NCBI RefSeq assembly: GCF_006345805.1
Contig: NC_043001.1
Location: 17,112,001 to 17,176,000 of the forward strand
From: Octopus sinensis
Lineage: Eukaryota
Length of the DNA stretch: 64,000 bases
Reading direction: 5' to 3'
The position numbers were made by a program, and so were the translations under genes. Under the pieces are notes generated by a model. It was not told the origin of the DNA, did no database searches, and saw only the letters and a list, made by a program, of their open reading frames with translations. This document shows, in pieces, positions 1 to 11,713 of this stretch (position 1 is its first letter; every line of letters starts with the position of its first letter).

Positions 1-73
1 TTTTACCTGGACATTCCACCGGTACTCTTTCATATTGAGGGTGGTTATGGTTCCTACCACATCATTACACACC

Positions 74-489
74 TATTTCTTTACTACCCACAAGGGGCTA
101 AACATAGAGGGGACAAACAAGGACAGACAAACGGATTAAGTCCATTATATCGACCCCAGTGCGTAACTGGTACTTATTTAATCGACCCCGAAAGGATGAA
201 AGGCAAAGTCGACCTCGGAGGAATTTGAACTCAGAACGTTGCAGCAGACGAAATACCTATTTCTTTATTACCCACAAGGGGCTAAACATAGAGGGGACAA
301 ACAAGGACAGACAAACGGATTAAGTCGATTATATCGACCCCAGTGCGTAACTGGTACTTATTTAATCGACCCCGAAAGGATGAAAGGCAAAGTCGACCTC
401 GGAGGAATTTGAACTCAGAACGTTGCAGCAGACGAAATACCGCTAAACATTTCACCTGGTGTGGTAACGATTCTGCCAGCTCGCCGCCC
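74..489 (-). mobile_element. SINE family A (tRNA-like head, conserved central domain), head-to-tail dimer
   Basis: Reverse complement of the recurring unit GGCGGCGAGCTGGCAGAA...GTTCAAATTCCGCC (B box) GAGGTCGACTTTGCCTTTCATCCTTTCGGGGTCGATAAATTAAGTACCAG...GTAAAGAAATA. The central block resembles the Meta-type SINE domain as I recall it (not verified). Confidence 0.85.
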
Positions 490-499
490 TTCGTTATAT

Positions 500-1189
500 C
501 ATTACACACCACATATCAGCTTAAGTTTTGGATAGCATTACCTCGTCCTATCTCTAATTTCATAGAACCGTTTAGCGAATTCGCTTAAATCATATTTGGA
601 GCAAAGATTTTCTATTCCAGAAGAGATATTTTGTCAACCAAAACATATCGTAGTGCCGGCGGTTTTGGTATTTTTCGAAGGAATTTGTCCAAATACTTTT
701 ATGGGTCAGGGATTCTTTTAGTCATTCGTTTTGAAATGCTGAGGAATAGAGTAACGTCAGTTGAGGTACACATAAGTAGTTGCAATGATGGCATCAGGAT
801 TACTGGAACTAAATGTTCTGACGATCTTAGAGATAATCTAATGAGTCGTATCGGATTTATTGTTCATGTAAGATCTTCCGCTGAAGTTGTTTAGAGAGAG
901 TTACTCATAAGTCGTTGACATTACAGGATACCAAAGGATATTCTCCTGAGAATGTGCTTGTTCAGCCAACTCCATATTGTAAATATTTGATCACAAATAT
1001 TTTTCTTGTTGAACAGCATTCGGTTACACTAATTCACTCATTCAATTACAGTAATTGATATAGGTCAGTTTGTAGGCTCATCCGGTTAGTTACACCACTC
1101 CTTTGACAAATTGAAATCTTGTTTTGCCACTAATCCCGAAATCTGGCGTCTCACTGTCCGCTGAGCAATGTCCTAACTTGAAGACAACC
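500..1189 (-). pseudogene. Highly decayed CR1/L2-like LINE RT C-terminus
   Basis: Manual minus-strand translation gives AQRTVRRQISGL and later KYLDKFLRKIPKPP...ISLL, resembling VQRxxTRxIxGL and LDKFLxxIPDxP of jockey/CR1-group RT ends. Many stops. Confidence 0.4.
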
Positions 1190-1289
1190 NNNNNNNNNNN
1201 NNNNNNNNNNNNNNNNNNNNNNNNNNNNNNNNNNNNNNNNNNNNNNNNNNNNNNNNNNNNNNNNNNNNNNNNNNNNNNNNNNNNNNNNN
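1190..1289. other. Assembly gap (100 N)
   Basis: Run of N. Confidence 1.
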
Positions 1290-1304
1290 AGGAAAAGAAG
1301 TAGG

Positions 1305-1338
1305 GTTTAACGTTTCGAGCGGAGAGCTCGTCAGAAAC
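1305..1338 (-). ncRNA. Minimal type I hammerhead motif in PLE-type terminal repeat fragment
   Basis: Minus strand GTTT-CTGACGA-GCTCTCCGCTC-GAAA-CGT-T-AAAC: stem I GUUU/AAAC, canonical core, palindromic stem III ACGU, weak stem II. Homologous to 42437-42474 and 45648-45682. Confidence 0.6.
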
Positions 1339-2179
1339 ATAGGAAAAGGAAAGATCCAAAGAAGAGAAGACGGAGGAAAAAAAATCGCCAACGGTACAAA
1401 GCAGTAAGTGATTAAGATCGTATTTGAATGAATAATTCTTTTTCATATAATTACTGCATTACTTTTGGTTTCATGGTAAATCTTAGCAATTATTCAACAG
1501 CAGATTGAATAACCCAGACGAAGCAACAAGCTTTTGTAGGCCGTGTAAAAGAAAGCAGAAACGCATTAGAGAAGATATAATTTTGACAGGCATGTCATCC
1601 ACCATAATGTGTTAATGTTTAAGGCAATGCCTTGCATTTAGATATAATTACAAATAAATTAGTCTTCAGTCTTCAACCTGCTTTTCCGTGGCATTATGAG
1701 TTAAACAAGGCACCGATTGGGGTATATACATCAAAGAGGAGGAGGCCTTCATTAAAAAAACAAAAAAAAACTATTGGTCGATAGCGAAAACTTAAAACTT
1801 GATTACGGTTAAGATACGATCTGTGTTTGTAATTACAGCAATAAAAAGTCAAATATGACGGCAGTAAAGTGGACTATCAGTAAAATGTTTCATTCTCTGA
1901 CAAATAATTTTCAGGAGTGACGAGACAACAACCTAACCAAGGACACCAAAAACAGTTCAAAGTTGCTTTGAATTAAAGAGGTGACCCGAATATTCGAATA
2001 CTCGAAATTGCTTTGAATTAAAGAGGTGACCCGAATACGTGAATGCTTGAACTAATCCGTCCGATCTCATAAGTTTTCATTTCCATGAAGGGGCTCGAAA
2101 AACGCACATGCGCAAAAAAAACGCACCGATTAAGTCTTACGAACAGCTGTTTTGTTTTAGTATTAGACTATGCTCATAC

Positions 2180-2569
2180 GTGGAGGCGCAATGGCCCAGT
2201 GGTTAGGGCAGCGGACTCGCGGTCGTAGGATCGCGGTTTCGATTCCCAGACCGGGCGTTGTGAGTGTTTATTGAGCGAAAACACCTAAAGCTCCACCAGG
2301 CTCCGGCAGGGGATGGTGGTGATCCCTTCTGTACTCTTTCACCACAACTTTCTCTCACTCTTACTTCCTGTTTCTGTTGTACCTGTATTTCAAAGGGCCG
2401 GCCTTGTCACTCTCTGTGTCACGCTGAATATCCCCGAGAACTACGTTAAGGGTACACGTGTCTGTGGAGTGCTCAGCCACTTACACGTTAATTTCACGAG
2501 CAGGCTGTTCCGTTGATCGGATCAACCGGAACCCTCGTCGTCGTAACCGACGGAGTGATTCCAAAACAA
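2180..2569 (+). mobile_element. SINE family C (tRNA-derived), full length
   Basis: A box TGGCCCAGTGG and B-box-like GTTTCGATTCC. 10-bp TSD ATGCTCATAC at 2170-2179 and 2570-2579. Other copies at 5058, 27876 and 32158. Confidence 0.9.
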
Positions 2570-3059
2570 ATGCTCATACATACACATAAATAAACACACA
2601 TAAACGCTCTTACATTCACAGACACAAACACTTAAATATGTTCTCGAATGTATTCATAATTTTATATTTATGGATAAAATCATAAAATCAAATCCCACAA
2701 TAGCGAGACTGTTATTTTGTTAAGGTCTCTAGATTATGTATATAAAAACTTAATTACAACACACACATACACATTCATGTACACATACACATTCGCATGC
2801 ATATTCTGAGCATAGCACGTCGCCATATTTACTCAAACATCTTCAAGTGCACGAATAGTAGAGCTCACACAGTTACAAGCTTCACAGCATACCTCTGATT
2901 CCTACCAGATGAATTTTTCTCGCAGGAATTCATAATACAGATGTTCACAGGCCAGGCGGTCACCGCTTCCGGCTACAGAGACTTGTAACAGTAGTTTTTA
3001 AATTATTGAATGAAATAATTTTGCATAAACACAAGTATAACATAGTCACATGACCACAC

Positions 3060-3492
3060 ATACATACGCATGCGCGCACACACGCACATATTTATGTATG
3101 TATGCATTTACGTACATATGTATGCATGCATGTATGTATGTATGCACGTATGTATTTATATAGGTATGTATGAATGTATGTGTGTATGTATGGATGTGCG
3201 CATGCATGCATGTATGTATGCATGTATGTACGTATGTATGTATACATGTATGAATGAATGTATGCATGCATGTACGCATGCATTTATATATGTATGTATG
3301 TATGTATGCATTTACATATGTATGTATATATATGTATGTATGCATGTACATATGCATGTACGTACGTATGTATGTACGTACATATGTACGTACGTATGTA
3401 TTACGTACGTATCTACGTCTGTCTGTCTGTCTGTCTCTCTGTCTGTATGTATGTTGTATGTATGTATGTATGTATGTATGTATGTATGTATG
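3060..3492. repeat. Compound (TGTA/CA) microsatellite
   Basis: Direct reading. Confidence 0.95.
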
Positions 3493-3848
3493 GTTGTTCT
3501 GAGTCCTGAGTTCAAATTCCGCCGAGGTCGACTTTGCCTTTCATCCTTTCGGGGTCGATAAATTAAGTACCAGTTACGCACAGGGGTCGATATAATCGAC
3601 TTAATCCGTCTGTCCGTCCTTGTTTGTCCCTTCTGTGTTTAGCCCCTTTTGGGTAGTAAAGAAATAGGTATTTCGTTTGCCGCTACGTTCTGAGATCAAA
3701 TTCCGCCGAGGTCGACTTTGCCTTTCATCCTTTCGGGATCGATTAAATAAGTACCAGTTACGCACTGGGGTCGATGTAATCGACTTAATCCGTGTGTCTG
3801 TCCTTGTTTGTCCCCTCTATGTTTAGCCACTTGTGGGTAGTAAAGAAA
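3493..3848 (+). mobile_element. SINE A tandem dimer, 5' truncated
   Basis: Two body+tail units joined at GTAAAGAAATA|GGTATTTCG. Confidence 0.85.
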
Positions 3849-4224
3849 TGAGATACGTAGTGTTAAGCATTAGTTTATCGTGTCCTCATACACTTAGAAT
3901 TTGGAAGGCCTTCCATTCATGATATATTTTGGGAAATATTATATTAATACTTCTAAATACTGCTAAAGCAGTGCTTATTGAAACAATTTACACAAAATAC
4001 TCCTTTTAAATATAGAACATCAACATTTCTTTAAGCTTTCACAGAACTTTGTTGCTACGTAACTTTGTCACGAGTATATTTAATTCGGATCATTTCGATT
4101 GGACCAGCAATTTCTTTCCAGCTGATGAGGCATGTGCCTGCACATTATAATAATCCGAACAGTGTGCAAAAACACAATGAGCCTCGGTGATGTGTGTTTG
4201 TGTGCGTGCGCGTGTGTGAACTAC

Positions 4225-4454
4225 GTATTTCTTTACTACCCACAAGGGGCTAAACATAGAGTGGACAAACAAGGACAGACAAACGAATTAAGTCGATTAT
4301 ATCGACCCCAGTGCGTAACTGGTACTTATTTAATCGACCCCGAAAGGATGAAAGGCAAAGTGGACCTCAGCGGAATTTGAACTCAGAACGTAGCGGCAGA
4401 TGAAATACCGCTTAGCATTTCGCCCGGTGTGCTAACGTTTCTGCCAGCTCGCCG
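4225..4454 (-). mobile_element. SINE A monomer
   Basis: Reverse complement of the family A consensus. Confidence 0.85.
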
Positions 4455-4573
4455 TGTGTGAACTACCGACTGTCCTTATACTCATTGGCTGGAATCGCTT
4501 ATAATCCTCAGATTTACTTTAATATCCAAATACCTGTATTTTGGTGAATCATTTAAGTAAAATTAACATTTTG

Positions 4574-4751
4574 GCGCAGGAGTGGCTGTGTGGTAAGTAG
4601 CTTGTTTACCAACCACATGGTTCCGGGTTCATTCCCACTGCGTAGCACCTTGGGCAAGTGTCTTCTACTATAGCCTCGGGCCGACCAAAGCCTTGTGAGT
4701 AGATTTGGTAGACGGAAACTGAAAGAAGCCCGTCGTATATATGTATATATT

Positions 4752-4788
<37 letters not shown>

Positions 4789-4995
4789 TTGTGTGTCTGT
4801 GTTTGTCCTCCCAACATCGCTTGAGAACCGACGGTGGTGTGTTTACGTCCCCGTCACTTAGCGGTTCGGCAATAGAATAAGTACTTGACTTCCAAAGAAT
4901 AAGTCCTGGGGGGGTCGATTTGCTCGACTAAAAGACGGTGCTCCAGTATGACCGCAGTCAAATTGACTGAAATGAGCAAACAGAGTAAAAGAGAC
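4574..4995 (+). mobile_element. SINE family B (tRNA-like head, internal TA/TG microsatellite, AAAAGAGT-type tail)
   Basis: GGCGCAGGAGTGGCTGTGTGGTAAG...GGTTCCGGGTTCA head, ...GAAAGAAGCCCGTCG-(TA)n(TG)n-...CCAGCATGGCCGCAGTCAAATGACTGAAAC tail. More than 12 copies in the window. Confidence 0.9.
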
Positions 4996-5057
4996 CGTGA
5001 AAGGTTTGGAGTCTTAAGGTTCCGGAAGATCGATGTCACACATGTGGGGATGGAAGC

Positions 5058-5425
5058 ACTCCATCGATTACGACGACGAGGGTTCCGGTCGATCCGATCA
5101 ACGGAACAGCCTGCTCGTGAAATTAACGTGTAAGTGGCTGAGCACTCCACAGACACGAGCACCCTTAACGTAGTTCTCGGGGATATTCAGCGTGACACAG
5201 AGAGTGACAAGGCCGGCCCTTTGAAATACAGGTACAACAGAAACAGGAAGTAAGAGTGAGAGAAAGTTGTGGTGAAAGAGTACAGCAGGGATCACCACTA
5301 TCCCCTGCCGGAGTCTCGTGGAGCTTTAGGTGTTTTCGCTCAATAAAAACTCACAACGCCCGGTCTGGGAATCGAAACCGCGATCCTACGACCGCGAGTC
5401 AGCTGCCCAAACCACTGGGCCATTG
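5058..5425 (-). mobile_element. SINE C, head slightly truncated
   Basis: Reverse complement of 2180-2569. Confidence 0.85.
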
Positions 5426-5469
5426 CCTCTCCAAGTCACACATGTATATGAGGACGCACAGATTAGTGT

Positions 5470-5640
5470 TGGAGGTGTTGCACTCATGATCGTGGTTTCA
5501 GTTCCTAGATCGGGTGGTGCGTTGTATTCTTGACCAAAAGCCATTTCATCTCACGTTCCTTCGACACCTGAAGCGTGGCACACCGTGTACCTGTTCAGGT
5601 AACGCCGATTTGTTGCAGAGAGTGAACTAATGTGCGGAAC
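5470..5640 (+). mobile_element. Decayed tRNA-derived SINE fragment
   Basis: GATCGTGGTTTCAGTTCCT head remnant similar to the family D head, with a different tail. Confidence 0.45.
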
Positions 5641-5644
5641 GAAC

Positions 5645-5900
5645 TTTTGATCACTATTCTTTTATTCTTTTATTCTCTTAGTTGCTTCAGTCATTTGACT
5701 GCGGTCATGCTGGAGTACCGGCTTCAGTCGAACAAATCGACCTCAGGACTTATTCTATGTAAGCCTAGTACTTATTCTATCGGACGATTTTGCCGAACCG
5801 TTAATTTATGGTTAAGTAAACACACCAACATCGGTTGTCAAGTGATGTTGGGGGACAAACATAGACACAAACACACACACACACACACACACACTCATAC
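5645..5900 (-). mobile_element. SINE B 3' half
   Basis: Tail and central block, reverse complement. Confidence 0.8.
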
Positions 5901-6473
5901 TCTGGGAAGAGTGTTATATACGCAGTCATAGCGTACAGATCGTAGGAATTATTGAATTGAGATATGATGGAGTGCTTGATGAAGATACACATTTGGAGAG
6001 TAATAAAAGAACATCAGGAACATTTAATATTATACCAGTTCAGATATAACAGTGACGAGAAGCTTTACGTCATATCAATATATATAAATATATGTGTTTA
6101 TCGTTATGGTAAAATCTAGCGTGCGGTTGAGTAAATTGTATTCTGGACGAGTTCGGCTGAGGAGCTACAGATATGTTATGCGAGTAAAATTACATAATTT
6201 ATTAATAGCGAAACAATTGTCCTGAACTAATCTACATTTTTGTTATTTTTATTTGCCCTGTTCGTTTACGCTAGTAGTCGTGCTAACTTTCATCGGAAAC
6301 AATTATTCGTGGCTGAAACCTAGCGGATCTATTTTTAGAGCTAGAGTCGACCACATAGTGGTTACTCACATATAAAATTTATTGTATTCCTGGTTTTTAT
6401 GCACTAAGCCACTTTGTGTTAAATGGATGTACTATTAAATTAGTATCCAATTTTCTCACCCTTATTAGTTGAT

Positions 6474-6509
<36 letters not shown>

Positions 6510-6705
6510 CGTGTGTGTGTGTGTGTGTGTGTATGTGTACTTTTTCAATGTGTCCAAATAATACGGAAAAATAAATAAGATTGCATTGTGTTACATCTTT
6601 TTATTCTCTCCGGAATAATATCAATATTTTCTTCGAAACATATGTCAGAAGTTTACAAATTTGAATAACACCTGCCTTTAACTCCATTTCTTAATGTATC
6701 TATCT

Positions 6706-6736
6706 ATCTATATATCTATATATATATATATGTGTG

Positions 6737-6785
<49 letters not shown>

Positions 6786-6818
6786 TATGTGTGTGTTGTG
6801 TGGTGGGTGGTATGTGTG

Positions 6819-6916
<98 letters not shown>
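6706..6916. repeat. (TA)/(TG)n microsatellite
   Basis: Direct reading. Confidence 0.95.
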
Positions 6917-6917
<1 letters not shown>

Positions 6918-7589
6918 TTCGGCACCAGGTTGATAAGTAGCCAACTTTTAATTGAGAATGTTATCGGCTTAATTGCTACTGAAACGAGGTATGGAACTAA
7001 AATTAATAAACAAGAACTTTTCCCTTTTGTTATTACGGCGTAGGGAATTGAGTAAATTTGAATGAAATACCGAGCAGGAAACAAAATGGAAAAAAAAATA
7101 GAATATTAAGACAAATTTCTCTCTTTTGTAAAATTTCGCTTACTTTTATTATGTTTTGCAGTTACTTTTCTTTCTTGTAGAGAATTCATTAATGTAAGAA
7201 TATATTACTAATGTCACACTCACTTCTGTAATATATATATAGTTTTATAAATAATACTTTCAATATAAAAAAGAAAAATAATTATAAAATATATTTATTT
7301 AACATAATTTATTTATTTAAGCATATAAAAAAAGACATAAATAATCAAAAACTAAGACGTTAAAAACCATAAATAGATAAATAAATATCGTACAGCTGGT
7401 TATAATGTAGTACCTAGACGACCCCAGTTCATTCAAAAGAATGAGTAATTGACCAAGCGACGTGAAATTGCTTAGTCTTATGAAATTCATATGGTTTTTG
7501 TCCTGTTACTCTCTCCGTCAACTCAACTTACAGCGTCATATGAACATTTTTGGACTCCCTTTCTGCTTTAGCCTGACATCTTTCTCTTT

Positions 7590-8005
7590 ACTCTTTTACT
7601 CTTTTACTTGTTTCAGTCATTTGACTGCGGCCATGCTGGAGCACCGCCTTTAATCGAGCAACTCGACCCCGGGACTTATTCTTTTTTTGTAAGCCCAGTA
7701 CTTATTCTATGGGTCTCTTTTGCCGAACCGCTAAGTAACGGGGACATAAACACACCAGCATCGGTTGTCAAGAAACGCTAGGGGAACAAACACAGACACA
7801 CAAACACACACACGCATACATATATATATATACATATATACGACGGGCTTCTTTCAGTTTCCATCTACCAAATCCACTCACAAGGCTTTGGTCGGCCCGA
7901 AGCTATAGTAGAAGACACTTGCCCAAGGTGCCATGCAGTGGGACTGAACCCGGAACCATGTGGTTGGTAAACAAGCTTCCTACCACACAGCCACTCCTGC
8001 GCCTA
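7590..8005 (-). mobile_element. SINE B full length
   Basis: Reverse complement of the family B consensus. Confidence 0.9.
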
Positions 8006-8074
8006 TTTCTCTTTGCATCGCATCTATTTTGAACTCTCCACTGTCCTAACCTCCTGATATACTTACTCGTCTTG

Positions 8075-8690
8075 AAGGCGGCGAGCTGGCAGAATCGTTA
8101 GCACGCCGGGCGAAATGCTTAGCGGCATTTCGCCTGCCGTTACGTTCTGAGTTCAAATTCCGCCGAGTTCGACCTTGCTTTTCATCCGTTCGGGGTCGAT
8201 AAATTAAGTACCGGTTTCGCACTGGGGTCGATGTAATCGACTTAATCCGTTTGTCTGTCCTTGTTTGTTCCATCTATGTTTAGCCCCTTGTGGGCAATAA
8301 AGAAATAAGAAACGTTAGCACGCCGGGCGAAATGCGTAGCCGTATTTCGTCTGCCGTTATGTTCTCAGTTGAAATTCCGCCGAGGTCGATTTTGCCTTTT
8401 ATCCTTTCGGGGTCGATAAATTAAGTACCGGTTTCGCACTGGGGTCGATGTAATTGACTTAATCCGTTTGTCTGTCCTTGTTTGTCCTCTCTGTGTTAAA
8501 CCCTTGTGGGCAGTAAAGAAATAAGAAACGTTAGCACGCCGGGCGAAATGCTTAGCGTATTTCGTCTGTCTTTATGTTCTGAGTTCAAATTCCACCGAGG
8601 TCAGCTTTGCCTTTCATCCTTTCGGGGTCGATAAATTAAGTACCAGTTACTGACTGGGGTCAATTCCGGGCCTTGTGCTTAAAGTAGGAA
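8075..8690 (+). mobile_element. SINE A tandem trimer
   Basis: Units joined twice at AAAGAAATA|AGAAACGTTAGCACG. Confidence 0.85.
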
Positions 8691-8739
8691 AGTACATATT
8701 TACACGTTTATGTATTGACTTTCATCTATATCTTTAGTC

Positions 8740-9533
8740 AAGTGGTTCTCAACCGGAGTCCATTATAAGGTTTTGTTGTTAAAATTTACGAGCAATAAAT
8801 TGCTTATACTTTTACAATGCACCAAACATTTCAACATTTTTATACAATTCCTAATAATTATAAAAATATAATAAGATTTTCGTAATATCGAATGACTATG
8901 ACGGTCAAAGAATCAAATTGGTCCCAAGACAAAAAAAAAATTTGGGGTTGTCCGGAAAGTTCGTGCCGATTTATAGCAGCTTACATTTCGACTTATTTTA
9001 GAACATGGTTGAGTCCATAAAATAGGATTTGACTACACCTCCATTTAGAGCACAGTTTAAGCTATCTTTTCGTGGAAGAAGGTTTATGTTCCTATAACTG
9101 GTGTTAATTTTGTAACCCTTTAAAATGGAAGATAATAAAGTTCATTTTCGGCACTTAATGCTTTTCTTTTTCCGTAAAGGTAAAAAATTCCTCACAAGCA
9201 ACCAAAGAAATATGCACAGTTTACGGTGATGTTTCTTTATCCGAAAGAACTCTACGGAAGTGGTTCGCAAGGTTCCGAGCTAGAGATTGTAGCCTTATTG
9301 ATAAAAAGCGATCAGACAGACCATCCACTACAGATGATGACCAAATCAAGTCATTAATTGAGAATAACCCACATTGCACTACCCGAGAATTGGCAGAAAG
9401 CCTCAACCTATCAAAATCCGTCGTTCATGAGCACGTGGTAAAGCTTGGGTAATGGCAAGTATTTATTGACATTTTTCTTTCCTTTAAAAATCGGCACGAA
9501 ATTTCCGGACAACCCAATAGTTAACAACCACTA
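8740..9533 (+). mobile_element. Putative hAT-type MITE interrupted by a mariner
   Basis: Termini AAGTGGTTCTCAACC ... GTTAACAACCACTA resemble CAGTGGTTCTCAACC-type hAT TIRs. Flanks CTTTAGTC/GTTTAGCA are a degenerate 8-bp TSD. Confidence 0.45.
8942..9519 (+). mobile_element. Internally deleted mariner (N-terminal transposase retained)
   Basis: TIRs TTGGGGTTGTCCGGAAAGTTCGTGCCGATTT / AAATCGGCACGAAATTTCCGGACAACCCAA. Translation MEDNKVHFRHLMLFFFRKG...SERTLRKWFARFR...RPSTTDDDQIKSLIENNPHCTTRELAESLNLS is mariner HTH-like. Confidence 0.9.
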
Positions 9534-9690
9534 GTTTAGCAGTATATATATGTCATAATCTGGCATGACACCAGTTGTCTGCTTGTTTATGATTTTGTTC
9601 TGTTACACACATACCAATCCGATTGGTACCTTGCCTTTAATCAATGCTTATTTATGCAGCCAACACACTAACCATTAAGCCACGCGCCTG

Positions 9691-9840
9691 CGCTGGAGAC
9701 GCGTGGTTTAGTGGTTAGGGTGTTGAACTCACGATCGTAAGATTGTGGTTTCGATTCCTGGACCGGGCGATGCGTTGTACTCTTTAGCAAAACACTTCAC
9801 TTCACGTTGTTCCAGTCCATTCAGCTGTAGAAATGAGTTT
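9691..9840 (+). mobile_element. SINE family D, 5' part
   Basis: GCGTGGTTTAGTGGTTAG...GTTTCGATTCCTGGACCGGGCG head. Full copy at 31210-31471. Confidence 0.8.
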
Positions 9841-10079
9841 AGCCTGGAGAGGGATGGGTTCCGCCAAGCTTTCCAGCCCTAGATGCGTTGCATGGCTGCA
9901 GCACCACAACGTACACCAAAGGCGTTAAGGGACTTGTCAATTGTCATTTAAGTAGCGATCACATGTTAGCATTTGAAACTGGATTTGAAGCACAAAGTCC
10001 ACCAGAGCATGTACCTATTATCTCACATCATTCGGCAGAGCATTACCTACAATTTATATTTAAAAACAATATATATTCG

Positions 10080-10139
10080 GATCTGTCTGTCTGTCTATCT
10101 ATCTATCATCTATCTATCTACTATCTATCTATCTATCTA

Positions 10140-10177
<38 letters not shown>

Positions 10178-10206
10178 GTCTGTCTGTGTATATCTATCTA
10201 TCTTCT

Positions 10207-10239
<33 letters not shown>

Positions 10240-10251
10240 ATATCTATTATA

Positions 10252-10322
<71 letters not shown>

Positions 10323-10455
10323 ATATATCTGTCTATCTGTCTCTCTCCTCTCTCTCTCTCTCATATAGATATATATATATATATATATATCTGTCTATAT
10401 CTATATCTATCTATCTCTATCTCTCTATCTATATCTATCTATATCTCTATATCTA

Positions 10456-10490
<35 letters not shown>

Positions 10491-10520
10491 TATATATAGA
10501 TAATATATTATATATATATA
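10080..10520. repeat. Compound (TCTA/TCTG/TA/TC) microsatellite
   Basis: Direct reading. Confidence 0.95.
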
Positions 10521-10925
10521 TATCCCTCTCCCCTCTCAAACATACACGCACGCACGCACATATACACAGACACACATATTGACCTACACTTAATACAAAA
10601 GACAAACGAATCACTACGCTTATATCAATTATTTCCTAAAATATCATTTAGAATTTTCCTTCATTTTTTTTCATATGAATTTTCCCTGTAAACTTTCTGG
10701 CGAATATAAATCCTGTTTGCCATTATTTGCGGCTAACTTTATCATACATCATAAACTGGAATTTACGTGTACTTCTATGATTCATTTAAACGGTTGTTTA
10801 TATTTTTGCCAACACTCTATCCGGTACTCGTGCTATTTTTATATTTTGCTTATATTTTCAAATTCCTGTTACTGTTTTTATCCGTTCTGATTAACATATT
10901 CTTCGTAACGGAAGTAAATGATAGC

Positions 10926-11288
10926 AAAGAACTCTCAGAGAGCGCAAACCTCTGCCAAGGCAACACCAACGTCCTCTAAATGATTAGCCAGAGATCATTT
11001 TTAAAATGAGAATATTTGAAATAAACTCGACTGCTCTCACAGATGAGAATACTGAAAATGAACATGGCCGTCCTCAAAAATTCAGTAAAAAAAGAAAAAC
11101 AACAAAGGAAAACTAATCCAGAATCCTTGTCCGGTATCGGATCTGTTCAAAAATGTAACCAGATAGAGACAGTAACGAGGCCAAACATCTCTGGAAGTTT
11201 CATCCGAATCCACCCAATACTTCTTGAGATATTTTGTCTACGGACAAACAGACAAACAGGACTGAAAACAATAGCGAAGGCGAAGGTA
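10926..11288 (+). mobile_element. Putative Helentron-type non-autonomous (HINE/DINE-like) element
   Basis: 5' CTCAGAGAGCGCAAACCTCTGCCAAGGC, subterminal (GACAAACA) repeats and a GAAAACAATA...GAAGGT 3' end resemble HINE-like elements as I recall them. Confidence 0.5.
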
Positions 11289-11299
11289 GTTACTCTTTT

Positions 11300-11690
11300 A
11301 CTCTTTTACCCTTTTACTTCTTTCAGTCATTTGACTGCGACCATGCTGGAGCACCGCCTTTAGTCGAGCAAATCGAGCCCGGGACTTACTCTTTGTAAGC
11401 CCAGTACTTATTCTATCGGTCTCTTTTGCCGAACCGCTAGGTGACGGGGACGTAAACACACCAGCATCGATTGTCAAGCAATGCTAAAGGGACAAACACA
11501 GACACGCAAACATATACACACATACATATATATGACAGACGTCTTTCAGTTTCCGTCTACCAAATCCACTCGCAAGGAATTGGTCGGCCCGGGGCTATAG
11601 CAGAAGACACTTGCCCAAGATGCCACGCAGTGGGACTGAACCCGGAACCATGAGGTTGGTTAGCAAGCTACTTACCACACAACCACTCCT
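11300..11690 (-). mobile_element. SINE B
   Basis: Reverse complement of the consensus. Confidence 0.9.
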
Positions 11691-11713
11691 GTTAATATAA
11701 TAGTTATTCTATA

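Noticed and set aside
1-60. Possible PLE thumb-region remnant (NHP motif, minus strand)
   Set aside because: Too short, at the window edge, and needs a frameshift.
1965-2050. ~43-bp local duplication (TTGCTTTGAATTAAAGAGGTGACCCGAATA twice)
   Set aside because: Only two units, so not a CRISPR-like array; ordinary tandem duplication.
2180-2270. SINE heads as tRNA genes
   Set aside because: A/B boxes are present, but each continues into a SINE body, and several have TSDs. No complete cloverleaf with a terminator was evident.
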